Of a stretch of 64,000 nt of DNA, positions 37,701-51,000 are shown in pieces. This DNA comes from Octopus vulgaris (Eukaryota). The position numbers and the translations under genes are program-made. The notes under the pieces are model-generated. The model was not told the DNA's origin. It worked only from the letters and a program-made list of their open reading frames with translations, and did no database searches. The stretch covers positions 215,450,001 through 215,514,000 of the forward strand of contig OX597815.1 in NCBI GenBank assembly GCA_951406725.2. Reading direction: 5' to 3'. Numbering within the stretch: position 1 is the first letter of the stretch; every line of letters begins with the position of its first letter.

Positions 37701-40700
37701 ATTTGGGTTGGCTATTTAGCTTGGCTATTTCGTTTGCCTTTTTGTGTTGTCTATTTTGGTTGTCTCTTTGGCTTGGCTATTTGGATTGGCTGTTTGGGTT
37801 GGCTATTTCGGTTTGCTCTTTGGCTTGACTATTTGACTTGGCTATTTGGGTTGGGTATTTGTGTGTGCTTTTTGGGATGGCTATTTGGCTTAGCTATTTC
37901 GCTTGGCTATATAGGTTGGCTGTTTGGGTTTGCTATTAGTGCTGGCTATTTGTCTTAGCTATTTGGCTAGGCTTTTGGGGTTGGCTATTTGTGTTTACTA
38001 CTTGTGTTGGCAATTTGGGTTGGCTATTTGTGTTTGTTAATTTGGGTTGGCTATTTGGGTTTGCTATTTGAGTTGGCTATTTTGATAGGATTATACGGTT
38101 GGCTATTTGGCTAGGCTATTTTGGTTGGCTACTTGGCTAGGCTATTTGGGTTGGCTATTTGTGTTTGCAATTCGGGTTTGCTTTTTGGTTTGGCTATTTG
38201 GGTTAGCTATTTCGCTTGGCTATATGGGTTGGCTATTTGGGTTTGCTATTAGTGCTGGCTATTTGTCTAGGCTATTTGGCTAGGCTATTTGGGTTGGCTT
38301 TTTGTGTTTGCTATTTGGGTCGGCTATTTGTGTTGGCTATTTTGCTTGGCTATTCGGTTTGCTTGTTTGGGTTTGCTATTTGGATATGCTATTTAGGTTG
38401 GGTATTTTGGTTTGCTATTTTGCTTGGCTGTTTGGGTTTGCTATTTGGCTACGCTATTTATGTTCGCTATTTGTGTTTACTATTTGGGTTTGCTATTTGG
38501 GTTTGCTTTTTGGCTTGGCAAATTGGCTTGGCTATTTCGGTTGGCTATTTTAGTTTGCTATTTGGCTTGGCTACTTGTGTTGGCTATTTGGGTATGCTAT
38601 TTAGGTTGGCTATTTGGGTATGCTATTTGTGTTGGCTATTTTGCTTAGCATTTGGCTAGGCTATTTGGCGTCGCTATTTCACTTGGCGTTTTAGCTTGTT
38701 TATTTGTGTTAGCTATTTGGGTTGGCTATTTTGCTTTGCTTTTTGGGTTGGCTATTTGGGCATGCTATTTGTGTTGGCTATATGGCTTAGCATTTGGGTA
38801 AGCTATTTGGCGTTGCTATTTGGCTTGGCTTTTTGGCTTGGCTCTTTGGCTTGGCTGTTTGGGTTGGCTATTTGTGTTAGCTTTTGGGGTTAGCTATTTG
38901 GCTTTGCTACTTTGGTTGACTATTCGGGCTAGATTTTTAGGTTGGCTATTTGGGTTAGCTATTTGCGTTGGCTATTTGGGTATCTGCTATATATCTTGGC
39001 AATTTGGCTTGGCTTTTTGGCTAGGCTATTTGGCCTGGCTATTTGGCTTGGCTTTTTGACTTGGCTATTTCGGTTTGCTATTTGTGTTTGCTATTTTGGG
39101 TTGGCTATTTGGGTGTGCTTTTTGGCTTGGCAATTTTGCTTGGCTTTTTGGAATGCCTATTTTGATTGTTTATTCTGGTTGTCTATTTGGCTTGTCTATT
39201 TGGCTAGGCTATGAGAATTGGCTATTTGTGTATGCTATTTGGATAGGCTTTTTGGAATGTTCATTTGGCTAGGCTATTTGGGTATGGTATTTGTGTGTGC
39301 TTTTGGGGATGGCTATTTTGCTTGGCTATTTGTGTTGGCTATTTGGGTATGCTATTTCTGCTGGCTATTTGGGTTGGCTATTGGGGTTAGCAATTTGGCT
39401 TGGCTATTTGGGTTGGCTTTTTGGGTTTGCTATTAGTGTTGGCTATTTGGCTTAGCTATTTGGCTTGGCTGTTTGGGTTGGCTATTTGTGTTTGCTATTT
39501 TGGTTGGCTATTTGTGTTGGTTATTTGGGTTGGCTATTTGGGTTTCCTATTTAGCTTGGCTATTTGGTTTGCCTATTTGGGTTGTCTATTTGGGTTGTCT
39601 ATTTGGCTTGGCTGTTTGGGTTGGCTATTTCGGTTTGCTCTTTGGCTTGACTATTTGGCTTGGCTATTTGCGTTGGGTATTTGTCTGCTTTTTGGGATGG
39701 CTATTTGGCTTAGATATTTGGCTAGTTTATTTAGGTTGGCTTTTTGGGGTAGCTATTTGAGTTGGCTATTTGGATTTGCTTTTTCGGTTGGCTTTTTGGC
39801 TAGGCTATTTGGGTTGGCTATTTGTGTTTACTACTTGGGTTGGCTCGTTTGGTTTGCTATTTGGCTAGGTTATTTGGGTTGGCTATTTGGGTTTGATATT
39901 TGTGTTGGCTATTTTGATTAGCTTTTTGTGTTGGCTATTTGGCTAGGCAATTTGGGTTGGCTATTTGTGTTTGCTATTTGGGTTGGCTATTTTGGTTTGC
40001 TTTTTGGTTTGGCAATTTGGCTTGGCTATTTGGGTTGGCTATTTGGGTTGGCTATTTGTCTTGGCTATATGGGTTGGCTTTTTGGTTTTGCTATTACTGC
40101 TGGCTATTTGTCTTAGCTATTTGTCTATGCTATTTGGGTTGGCTATTTGTGCTTGCTATTTGGGTTGCCTATTTGGGTTTGCTATTTGGGTTGGCTATTT
40201 TGCTTTGCTATTAGGTTTGCTTATTTGGGTTTGCTATTTGGGTATACTATTTAGGTTGGCTAATTTGGTTTGCTATTTTGCTTGGCTATCAGGGTTGGCT
40301 ATTTGGCTAGGCTATTTAGGTTGGCTATTTGTGTTTGCTATTTGGGTTGGCTATTTGGGTTTGCTATTTGGCTTGGCTATTTGTTTTGGCTATATTGGTT
40401 TGCTATTTGTCTTGGCTATTGGTGTTTGCTCTTTGGGTATGCTATTTAGGTTGGATATTTTGGTTTGCATGGCATGGCTATTTGGGTTGGCTATTTGGGT
40501 ACGCTATTTGTGTTGGCTATTTGGCTTCGAATTTGGTTAGGCTATTTGTCGTCGCTATTTTGCTTGGCTGTTTGGTTTTGCTATTTGTGTTGGCTATTTG
40601 GGTTAGATATTAGGGTTGGCCATTTTTCTTTGCTATTTGGGTTGTCTATTTGGGTTGGCTTTTTGGGTTGGCTATTTGTGTTGCGTATTTAGCATTTGGG

Positions 40701-43700
40701 TAGGCTATTTGGCGTCGGTATTTGGCCTGGCTTTTTGGCTTGGCTATTTGGCTTGGCTGTTTGGGTTGGCGATTCGGGTTGGATTTTTGGGTTGGCTATT
40801 TGGGTTGGCTATTTGTGTTAGCTATTTGGGTTGGCTATTTGGCTATTTGCTATTTATCTTGGCAATTTGGCTTGGCATTTTTGCTAGGCTATTTGGCTTT
40901 GCTCTTTGGCTTGGCTATTTGGGTTGGCTATTTGTGTTTGCTATTTTGGGTTGGCTATTTTGGTTGGCTTTTTGGCTTGGCAATTTGGCTTTGCAATTTT
41001 GCTTGGCTATTTATATTGCCTATTTGGGTTGTTTATTTTGGTTGTCTATTTGGCTTGACTATTTGGCTTGGCTATGTGGGTTGGCTCTTTGTGTGTGCTA
41101 TTTGGATTGGCTTTTTGGGATGGCTATTTGGCTAGGCTATTTGGGTATGCTATTTTTGTGTGCTTTTTGGGATGGCTATTTGGCTTGGCTATTTGGCTAG
41201 ATTATTTGGGTTGGCTATTTGTGTGTGCTATTTGTGTCTGCTATTTGGGTTGGCTATTTTGGTTTGCTCTTTGGCTTGGCTATTTGGTTTGGCTATTTTG
41301 GTTTGCTATTTGGCGTGGCTATTTGTGTTTGCTATTTGGGTATGCTATTTGTGTTTGGCTATTTGGGTTGGCTATTTGGGTTGGCTATTTGGGTTAGCAA
41401 TTTGGCTTGGCTATTTTGGTTGGCTATTTGTGTTTGCTATTAGTGTTGGCTATTTGGCCTAGCTATTTGCCTGGGCTCTTTGGGTTGGCTATTTGTGTTT
41501 GCTATTTTGGTTGGCTATTTGGGTTGGCTATTTCGGGTTGGATATTTGGGTTTGCTATTTGGGTTGGCTACATAGCTTGGCTATTTCGTTTGCCTATTTG
41601 GGTTGTGTCTTTGGCTTGGCTATTTGGGTTGGCTGTTTGGGTTGGCTATTTCGGTTTGCTCTTTGGCTTGACCATTTGGCTTGGCTATGTGGGTTGGGTA
41701 TTTGTGTGTGCTTTTTGGGATGGCTATTTGTCTTTGCCATTTGGCTAGTTTATTTGGGTTGGCTATATGGGTTAGCTATTTCAGTTGGCTATTTGGATTT
41801 GCTTTTTGGGTTGGCTATTTGGCTAGGCTATTTGGGTTGGCTATTTGTGTTTACTACTTGGGTTTGCTATTTAGGTTTCCTATTATTAGGATATTTGGGT
41901 TGGCTATTTGGGTTTGCTATTTGAGTTGGCTATTTTAATTGGCTTTTAGGGTTGGCTCTTTGGCTAGGCTATAATGGTTGGCTACTTGGCTAGGCTATTT
42001 GGGTTTGCTATTTGTGTTTACTATTAGTGCTGGCTATTTGTCTTAGCTATTTGGCTAGGCTATATGGGTTGGCATTTTGTGTTTGCTATTTGTGTTTGCT
42101 ATTGGGATTGGCTATTTGGGTTTGCTATTTGGGTTGGCTATTTTGCTTGGCTATTTGGTTTGCTTATTTGGGTTTGCTATTTGGGTTAGCTATTTTGCTT
42201 GGCTATATGGGTTGGCTATTTGGGTTTGCTATTAGTGCTGGCTATTTGTCTTAGCAATTTGGCTAGGCTATTTGGGTTGGCTTTTTGTGTTTGCTATTTG
42301 TGTTTGCTATTTTGCTTTGCTTGGCTATTTGGGTTGGCTATTTGGCTACACTATATAGGTTCGCTATTTGTGTTTGCTATTTGGGTTGGTTATTTGGGTT
42401 TGCTATTTGGCTTGGCAATTTGGCTGGGCTATATGGGTTGGCTATTTTGGTTTGCTATTTGGCTTGGCTATTTGTGTTGGCTATTTGGGTATGCTTTTTA
42501 CTTTGGCTATTTGGATATGCTATTTGTGTTGGCTATTTGGCTTAGCATTTGGCTAGGCTATTTGGCTTGGCTTTTTAATTTCGCTATTTAGCTTGGCTGT
42601 TTGGTTTGGCTATTTGGGTTAGCTATTTGGGTTGGCTTTTTTGCTTTGCTTTTTGGGTTGGCTATTTGGGTTGGCTTTTTGGGTTGGCTATTTGGGTATG
42701 CTATTTGTGTTGGCTATTTTGCTTAGCCTTTGGGTAGGCTATTTGGCGTCGCTATTTGGCTTGGCTTTTTGGCTTGGCTATTTGGCTTGTCTGTTTGGGT
42801 TGGCTATGTAGGTTAGCTTTTTTGGTCAGCTATTTGGCTTTGCTACTTGGGTTGGCTATTCGGGTTAGATTTTTGGGTTGGCTATTTGGGTTAGCTATTT
42901 CGGTTGGCTATTTGGCTATTTGCTATATATCTTGGCAATTTGGCTTGGCTTTTTGGCTAGGCTATTTGGCTTGGCTTTTTGGCTCTGCTCTTTGACTTGG
43001 CTATTTGGGTGTGCTATTTGTGTTTTTGCTATTTTGGGTGGGCTATTTGGGTTTGCTTTTTGGCTGGGAAATTTGGCTTTGCTATTTGGCTTGGCTATTT
43101 GGATTGCCTATTTGGATTGTCTATTTTGGTTGTCTATTTGGCTTGACTATTTGGCTTGGCTATGTGAATTGGCTATTTGTGTGTGCTATTTGGGATGATA
43201 TTTGGCTTAGATATTTGGCTAGTATATTTGGGTTGGCTATTTGGGTTAGCTATTTGAGTTGGCTATTTGGATTTGCTTTCTGGGTAGTCTTTTTGCTCGG
43301 CTATTTGGGTTGGCTATTGGTGTTTACTACATGGGTTGGCTATTTAGGTTTGGTATTTGGCTAGGTTATTTGGGTTGGCTATTTTAGTTTGCTATTTGTG
43401 TTGGCTATTTAGATTGGCTTTTAGGGAAGGCTATTTGGGTAGGCTATTTGGGTTTGCTATTTGGCTTGGCTATATGGGTTGGCTATTTGGGTGCGCTATT
43501 TGTGTTGGCTATTTGGCTTAGCATTTGGCTAGGCTATTTGGCTTGGCTATTTGGCTTGGCTATTTGGTTTGTCTATTTTGGTTGGCAATTTGGTTTGGCT
43601 TGTTGGCTAGGCTATTTGGCTTGGGTCTTTGGGTTGGTTATTTGTGTTTGCTATTTTGGGTTGGCTATTTGGGTTTGCTTTTTGGCTTGGCTTTTTAGCT

Positions 43701-46700
43701 GGGCTACTTGGTTTCCCTATTTGGATTGTCTATTTTGCTTGACTATTTGTCTTGTCTATTTGGGTTGGCTATTTGTGTGTGATTTTTTGGGATGGCTATT
43801 TGGCTTGGCTATTTGAGTTAGCTATTTTGAATGGCTTTTTGGGTTGGCTATTTGGCTAGGCTATTTGGGTTGGCTATTTGGGTTTGCTATTTGGGTTGGC
43901 TATTTAGTTTGGCTATTTGGTTTGCCTATTTGGGTTGTCTATTTGGGTTGTCTATTTGGCTTGGCTATTTGGGTTTGCTGTTTGGGTTGGCTATTTCGGC
44001 TTGCTCTTTGGCTTGACTATTTGGCTTGGCTATTTGGGTTGGGTATTTGTGTGTGCTTTTTGGGATGGCTATTTGGCTTAGCTATTTGGCTAGTTTATTT
44101 TGGTTGGCTATTTTGGTTAGCTATTTGAGTTGGCTATTTGGATTTACTTTTTGGGTTGGCTATTTGGCTGAGCTATTTGGGTTTGCTATTTGTGTTTACT
44201 ACTTGGGTTGGCTATTTAGGTTTGCTATTTGGCTAGGTTATTTGAGTTGGCTATTTGGGTTTGCTATTTGAGTTGGCTATTTTGATTGTCCTTTTGGGTT
44301 GGCTATTTGGCTAGGCTATTTGGGTTTGCTATTTGTGTTTGCTATTTGGGTTGGTTTTTTGGGTTTGCTATTTGGCTTGACTATAAAGGTTGGCTTTTTG
44401 GGTATGCTATTTGTGTTAACTATTTCGCTTAGCATTTGGCTAGACTATTTAGTTTGGCTATTTGTATTGGCTATTTGGCTTGGCTATTTCGCTTGGCTAT
44501 TTCGCTTGGCTATTTTGGTAGGCAATTTTGCTTGGCTTTTTGGCTAGGCTATTTGGCTTGGCTATTTGGTTTGTCTATTTTGGTTGTGTATTTGGCTTGA
44601 CTATTTGGCTTGGCTATGTGGGTTGGCTATTTGTGTGTGCTATTTGTATTGGCTATTTGGGTTGGTTATTTGGCTTGGCTATTTGGGTATGCTATTTGTG
44701 TGTGCTTTTTGGGATGGCTATTTGGCTTGGCTATTTGTGTATGCTATTTGTGTTGGCTATTTGGGTTGGCTATTTGGGTTGGCTATTAGTGTTGGCTATT
44801 TGGCTTAGCTATTTGGCTAGGCTATTTGGGTTGGCTCTTTGTGTTTGCTATTTTTGTTGGCTATTTGTGTTGGTTATTTGGGTTGGCTCTTTGGGTTTGC
44901 TATTTGGATTTGCTATTTAGTTTGGCTATTTGGTTTGCCTATTTGGGTTGTCTATTTGCATTGGCTATTTGGGTTGGCTGTTTGGGTTGGCTATTTCGGT
45001 TTGCTCTTTGGCTTGACTATTTGGCTTGGCTATTTGGGTTGGGTATTTGTGTTTGCTTTTTGGGATGGCTATTTGGCTTAGCTATTTGGCTAGGTTATTT
45101 GGGTTGGCTATTTGGGTTACCTATTTGAGTTGGCTATTTGGATTTGCTTTTTGGGTTGGCTTTTTGGCTAGGCTATTTGGGTTTGCTATTTGTGTCTACT
45201 ACTTGAGTTGGCTATTTAAGTATGCTATTTGGCTAGGTTATTTGGGTTGGCTATTTGGGTTTGCTATTTGAGTTGGCTATTTTGATTGGCCTTTTGGGTT
45301 GGCTTTTTGGCTAGGCTAATAGGGTTTGCTATTTGGCTTGGCTATATGGGTTGGATATTTGGGTACGCTATTTTTGTTGGCTATTTGGCTTAGCATTTGG
45401 CTAGCCTATTTGAATTGGCTATTTGGCTTGGTTTTTTGGGTTGTCTCTTTTGGTGGGCAATTTGGCTTGGCTTTTTGGGTTGGCTATTTGGGTTTGCTTT
45501 TTGGCTTGGCTACATGGTTTCCCTATTTGGATTGTCTACTTGGATTGACTATTTGGCTTGTCTATTTGGGTTGGCTTTTTCGGTGTGTTTTTTGTGTGCT
45601 TCTTTCGGATGGCTATTTGGCTTGGCTATTTGGCTAGGTTATTTAGTTGGCTATTTAGGTTTGCTATCTGAGTTGGCTATTTTGATTGGCTATTTGGCTA
45701 GGCTATTTGGTTTGCCTATTTGGGTTGTCTATTTGGGTTGTCTAATTGGCTTGGCTATTTGGGTTGGCTGTTTGGGTTGGCTATTTCGGTTTGCCATTTG
45801 GCTTGACCATTTGGCTTGGCGATTTGGGTTGGGTATTTTTGTGTGCTTTTTGGGATGGCTATTTGTCTTAGCTATTTGGCTAGTTTATTTGGGTTGGCTC
45901 TTTGGGTTAGCTATTTGAGTTGGCTATTTGGATTTCGTTTTTGGGTTGGCTATTTGGCTAGGCTATTTGGGTTGGCTATTTGTGTTTACTACTTGGGTTG
46001 GCTATTTAGGTTTGCTATTTGGCTAGGTTATTTGGCTAGGCTATTTGGATTTTCTATTTGTGTTTGCTATTTGGGTTGGCTTTTTGGGTTTGCTATTTGC
46101 CTTGGCTATATATGTTGGCTATTTGGGTATCATATTTGTGTTGGCTATTTGGCTTAGCATTTGGCTAGACTATTTCGCTTGGCTATTTGGGTTGGCTATT
46201 TTGGTTGGCAATTTAGCTGGGCTTTTTAGCTAGGCTATTTGGCTTGGCTATTTGTGTTGGTTATTTGTGTTTGCTATTTGGCTTGGCTATTTGGGTTGGT
46301 TATTTGTGTTTGCTAGTTTGGGTTGGCTATTTGGGTTTGCTTTTGGCTTGGCAATTTGGCTTGGCTATTTGGCTTGGCTACTTGGTATCCCTGTTTGGGT
46401 TGTCTATTTGGGTTTTCTTTTTTTTCTTTCTTTCTTTTTCTTTTTTCTTGTTTCAGTCATTTTGACTGCGGCCATGCTGGAGCACCGCCTTTAATCGAGC
46501 AACTCGACCCCGGGACTTATTCTTTGTATGCCCAGTACTTATTCTATCGGTCTCTTTTGCCGAACCGCTAAGTGACGGGGACATAAACACACCAGTATCG
46601 GTTGTCAAGCAATGCTAGGGGGACAAACACAGACACACAAACACACACATACATATATATATACACACATATATACGACAGGTTTCTTTCAGTTTCCGTC

Positions 46701-47235
46701 TACCAAATCCACTCACAAGGCATTGGTTGGCCCGGGGCTATAGCAGAAGACACTTGCCCAAGATGCCACGCAGTGGGACTGAACCCAGAACCATGCGGTT
46801 GGTTAGCAAGCTACTTACCACACGGCCACTCCTGCGCCTATTTGGGTTGTCTATTTGGCTTGACTATTTGGCTTGGCTCTTTGGGTAGGCTATTTGTGTG
46901 TCCTTTTTGGAATAGCTATTTTGCTTGGCAATTTGGGTAGGTTATTTAGGTTGGCTATTTGGGTTTGCTATTTGAGTTGTCTATTTTGATTGGCTTTGTG
47001 GGTTGGCTATTTGGCTAGGCTATTTGGGTTGGCTATTTGTGTTTGCTATTTGGCTTGGCTATTTGGGTTGGATGTTTGGGTATGCTATTTGTGTTGGCTA
47101 TTTGGCTAGGCTATTTGGGTTGGCTATTTGGCTTGGCTATTTTGGTTGGATATTTTGGCTAGGCAATTTTGGTTGCCTATTTTGGTCGCATATTTTGGTT
47201 AGCTATTTGGCTTGGCTATTTGGGTTGGCTATTTG
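28713..47235 (+). repeat. Satellite C array (18.5 kb) with an internal duplication of about 3.8 kb and a SINE insertion
   Basis: 13-bp units; diagnostic variants recur at an offset of about 3820 bp. Confidence 0.95.
46415..46838 (-). mobile_element. Full-length tRNA-derived CORE-type SINE (octopus-like) with target-site duplication
   Basis: Minus strand begins GGCGCAGGAGTGGCCGTGTGG (A-box-like) then GGTTCAGTCCC (B-box-like) and TTGGGCAAGTGTCTTCT (CORE-like), with an internal (CA/TA)n, a LINE-like 3' tail and an A-rich end. TSD (C)TATTTGGGTT at 46404-46414 and 46838-46848. Confidence 0.9.
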
Positions 47236-47378
47236 AGGAAGGGGAGAAAGGAATGTTGAACATTCCAGAGAGGAGGATTTGAGAAGTAAAGCGGAGGAAG
47301 GGGAGGAAGGAATGTTGAACACATATATATATATATATACATACATGCAAACATATACATACGTATATGCACACATAT

Positions 47379-47410
<32 letters not shown>

Positions 47411-48096
47411 ACGGTAATCCGTCGCCACATCTCGGTTCACCTATCACGCACTCAGTACATTTGAGCCCAAAGACTACGGGTATGTCGGGACCCTGCCAGG
47501 TAGAAAGCCAGAAACTATACCGTAATGCATTCCTGCCAACGTGCCAACGATGCTGTCGCTCTCCGAACCCATGAACGGCGTGAAATGTAGGGTTTTGTTT
47601 AAGAGCACAACGTGCCGACAGATTTGGGAATCGACTCCACGATTTAGCAAGCGTTTGGTCAACAGTCTAACCCCAAGGTCATGCACTTTGACATATTCTT
47701 TTATTCATTTACTTGTTTCAGTCAATTGACTGCGGCCATGCTGGAGCATTGTTTTGAAGCATTTTTAGTCGAGCAAATCGACCCCAAAGACTTAATGGTG
47801 AAGCCTAGCACATTCTATCGGTCTCATTGCAGAAGCACAAAGTTACTGGGATGTAAACGTACAAACACCGGTTGGCAAATATAGTGTGAGCATTCGACAA
47901 TGTATAGGTACCAGGACAATGGTATGGAGAAAAGAGGAGAGATAGTAACGTGGCTGATACAAACACCGACAGCTGCATTAAGAAAAAGAGAGAAAGAGAA
48001 AGAGGGAGACTGGAAAGAGAGAGAGAGAGAGACTGCGTGATTATGATTATATATAATTGTGAAAGAGATGTGTAAGGGAATGTTCCTATTTGCACG
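47236..48096 (+). other. Block U copy 3 (reverse satellite E fragment, (TA)n, degenerate SINE fragments)
   Basis: Direct paralog of 17494-18156 at an offset of about 29940. Confidence 0.9.
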
Positions 48097-51000
48097 ACCA
48101 AGTGGACCGCCAAACGAGATCGATAAAATGACAGCGGACCGCCAAACGATATCGATAAAATGACTTAGTGGACCGCGAAACGAGATCGATAAAATGACTT
48201 ATCGGACAGCCAATTCGAGACGGATAAAATGACCTAGCGGACCGCCAAACGAGATCGATAAAATGACATAGCGGACCACCAAACGAGATCGATAAAAAGA
48301 ATTCGCGGACCACCAAACCAGATCGATAAAATGACTTAGTGGACCGCAAAACAAGATCGAGAAAATGACTTAGCGGACCACGAAACGTTATCGATAAAAT
48401 GAATTAGCGTACCGCTAAACGGGATCGATAAAATGACCGAGTGGACCGCCAAACGAGATCGATAAAATGACTTAGCGGACCGCTAACTAAACGAGATCAA
48501 AAAATGACTTAGCGGACCACCAAAAGAGATCGATAAAATGATTTAGTGGACCGCCGAACTAGATCGATAAAATGACTTAGCAGACGACGAAACGAGATCG
48601 ATAAAATGACTTAGCGGACCACCAAACGAAATCGATAAAATGACTGAGCGGACCACCAAAGAGATCTATAAAATGAATTAGCGGACCGCTAAACGAGATC
48701 GATAAAATGACTTAGCGGAGTGCCAATCGAGATGAATAAAGTGACCTAGTGGACTGCCAAACGAGATCGATAAAATGACTTAGCGGACCACCAAATGAGA
48801 TCGATAATATGAATTAGCGCACCACCAAACGAGATCGTTAAAATGACTTAGCGGAGCGCAAACCGAGACGGATAAAATCTCCTAGCGGACCGCCAAACAA
48901 GATCGATAAATTGACATAGCGGACCGCAAAACGAGATCGATAAAATGAATTAGCGGACCAATAAACAAGATCGATAAAATGACATTAGCGGACCGCTAAA
49001 CGTGATCGACAAAATGACTGAGCGGACCGCCAAACGAGATCGATAAAATGACCAAGTGGACCGCCAAACGAGATCGATAAAATGAGAGCGGACCGCCAAA
49101 CGAGATCGATAAAATGACTTAGTGGACCGCGAAACGAGATCGATAAAATGACTTATCGGACAGCCAATCGAGACGGATAAAATGACCTAGCGGACCGCCA
49201 AACGAGATCGATAAAATGACTTAGCGGACCACCAAACGAGATCGATAAAATGATTTAATGGACCGCCAAACGAGATCGATAAAATGACTGAGCGGACCGC
49301 CAATCGAGACGGATAAAATGAACTAGCGGGCCGCCAAACGAGATCGATAAAATGATTTAATGGACCGCCAAACGAGATCGATAAAATGACTGAGCGGACC
49401 GCCAATCGAGACGGATAAAATGACGTAGCGGGCCGCCAAACGAGATCGATAAAATAAATTAGCAGATGACGGAACGAGATCTATAAAATGACTTAGCGGA
49501 CCGCTAAACGAGATCGACAAAATGACCTAGCGGACCGCCAAAATTGATCGATAAAATGAATTAGCGGACCGCCAAACGAGATCGAGAAAATGACTTAGCG
49601 GACCGCCAATCGAGACGGATAAAATGACCTAGCGGACCGCCAAACGAGATCGATAATATGACATAGCGGACCACCAAACAAGATCGATAGAATGACTTAG
49701 TGGACCACAAAACGACATCGATAAAATGACTTTGCGGACCACGAAACGTTATCGATAAAATGACTTAGCGGACCGCTAAACGAGATCGATACGGGAGCAC
49801 CGGACTCTGCTCCAAGGTTAAGACTTACTAGAAAAAATGACTTAGCGGACCACCAAACGACATCGATAAAATGAGCTTAGTGGACCAGCCAAACGAGATC
49901 GATAAAATTTAGCGGACTTGTTCTGATGTACCTACGGGAGCACCGGTCTCTGCACAAGCTACAGACTTACTAGGTATTTACCTTGTTCTGATGTACCTAC
50001 GTGAGCACCGGATTCTGCACAAGCTACAGACTTACTAGAGTATTTACAGCTTGTTTTGATGTACCTACGGAGCACCGGATTCTGCACAAGCTACAGACTT
50101 ACTAGTTATTTACCTTGTTCTGATGTACCTTCGGGAGCACCGGACTCTGCACAAGCTACATACTTACTAGCTATTTACCTTGTTCTGATGTACATACGGG
50201 AGCACCGGACTCTGCACAAGCTACAGACTGACTAGGTATTTACCTTCTTCTGATGTACCTACGGGAGCACCGGACTCTGCACATGATGCTCACTGACTAG
50301 GTATTTACCTTGCTCTGATGTACAATGACTTAGCGGACCAATAAACGAGATCGATAAAATGACTTAGCGGACCGCCAATCGTGACGGATAAAATGACCTA
50401 GCGGACTGCCAAACGAGATCGATAAAATGAATTAGCGGACCAATAAACGAGATCGATAAAATGACTTAGCAGACCGACAATCGAGACGGATAAAATGACC
50501 TAGCGGACCACCAAACGAGATCGATAAAATGACATAGCGGACCACCAAACGAGATCGATAAAATGACTTAGCGGACCGCTAAACGAGATCGATAAAATGA
50601 CTTAGCGGACAGCCAAACGAGATCGATAAAATGACTTAGCAGACCGACAATCGAGACGGATACAATGACCTAGCGGACCGCCAAACGAGATCGATAAAAT
50701 GACTTAGCGGACCGCTAATTGAGACGGATAAAATGACCTAGCGGACCACAAAACGAGATCGATAAAATGACTTAGCACACGACGAAAGGAGATCGATAAA
50801 ATGACCCTGCGGACCACCAAACAAGATCGATAAAATGACTTAGCGGACCACTAAACAAGATCGATAAAATGACTTAGGGGACCGCCAATCGTGACGGATA
50901 AAATGACCTAGCGGACTGCCAAACGAGATCGATAAAATGACCTAGTGGACCGCCAAAAGAGATCGATAAAATGACCGAGCGGACCACCGAACGAGATCGA

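Noticed and set aside
46765-46838. tRNA gene
   Set aside because: The A/B-box-like motifs belong to the SINE head, and no complete cloverleaf is evident.
12806-47235. Numerous hydrophobic 'membrane protein-like' ORFs ([13 protein letters not shown])
   Set aside because: Artefact of the GT-rich 13-bp satellite.
28713-47235. 13-mer as a telomeric repeat
   Set aside because: It is GT-skewed but heterogeneous, occurs in both orientations, and has only sporadic TTAGGG. There is no telomeric array.
49918-50323. Hammerhead ribozyme in the 65-bp repeat (CTGATG)
   Set aside because: It reads CTGATGTA rather than CTGANGA, and the unit lacks GAAA.
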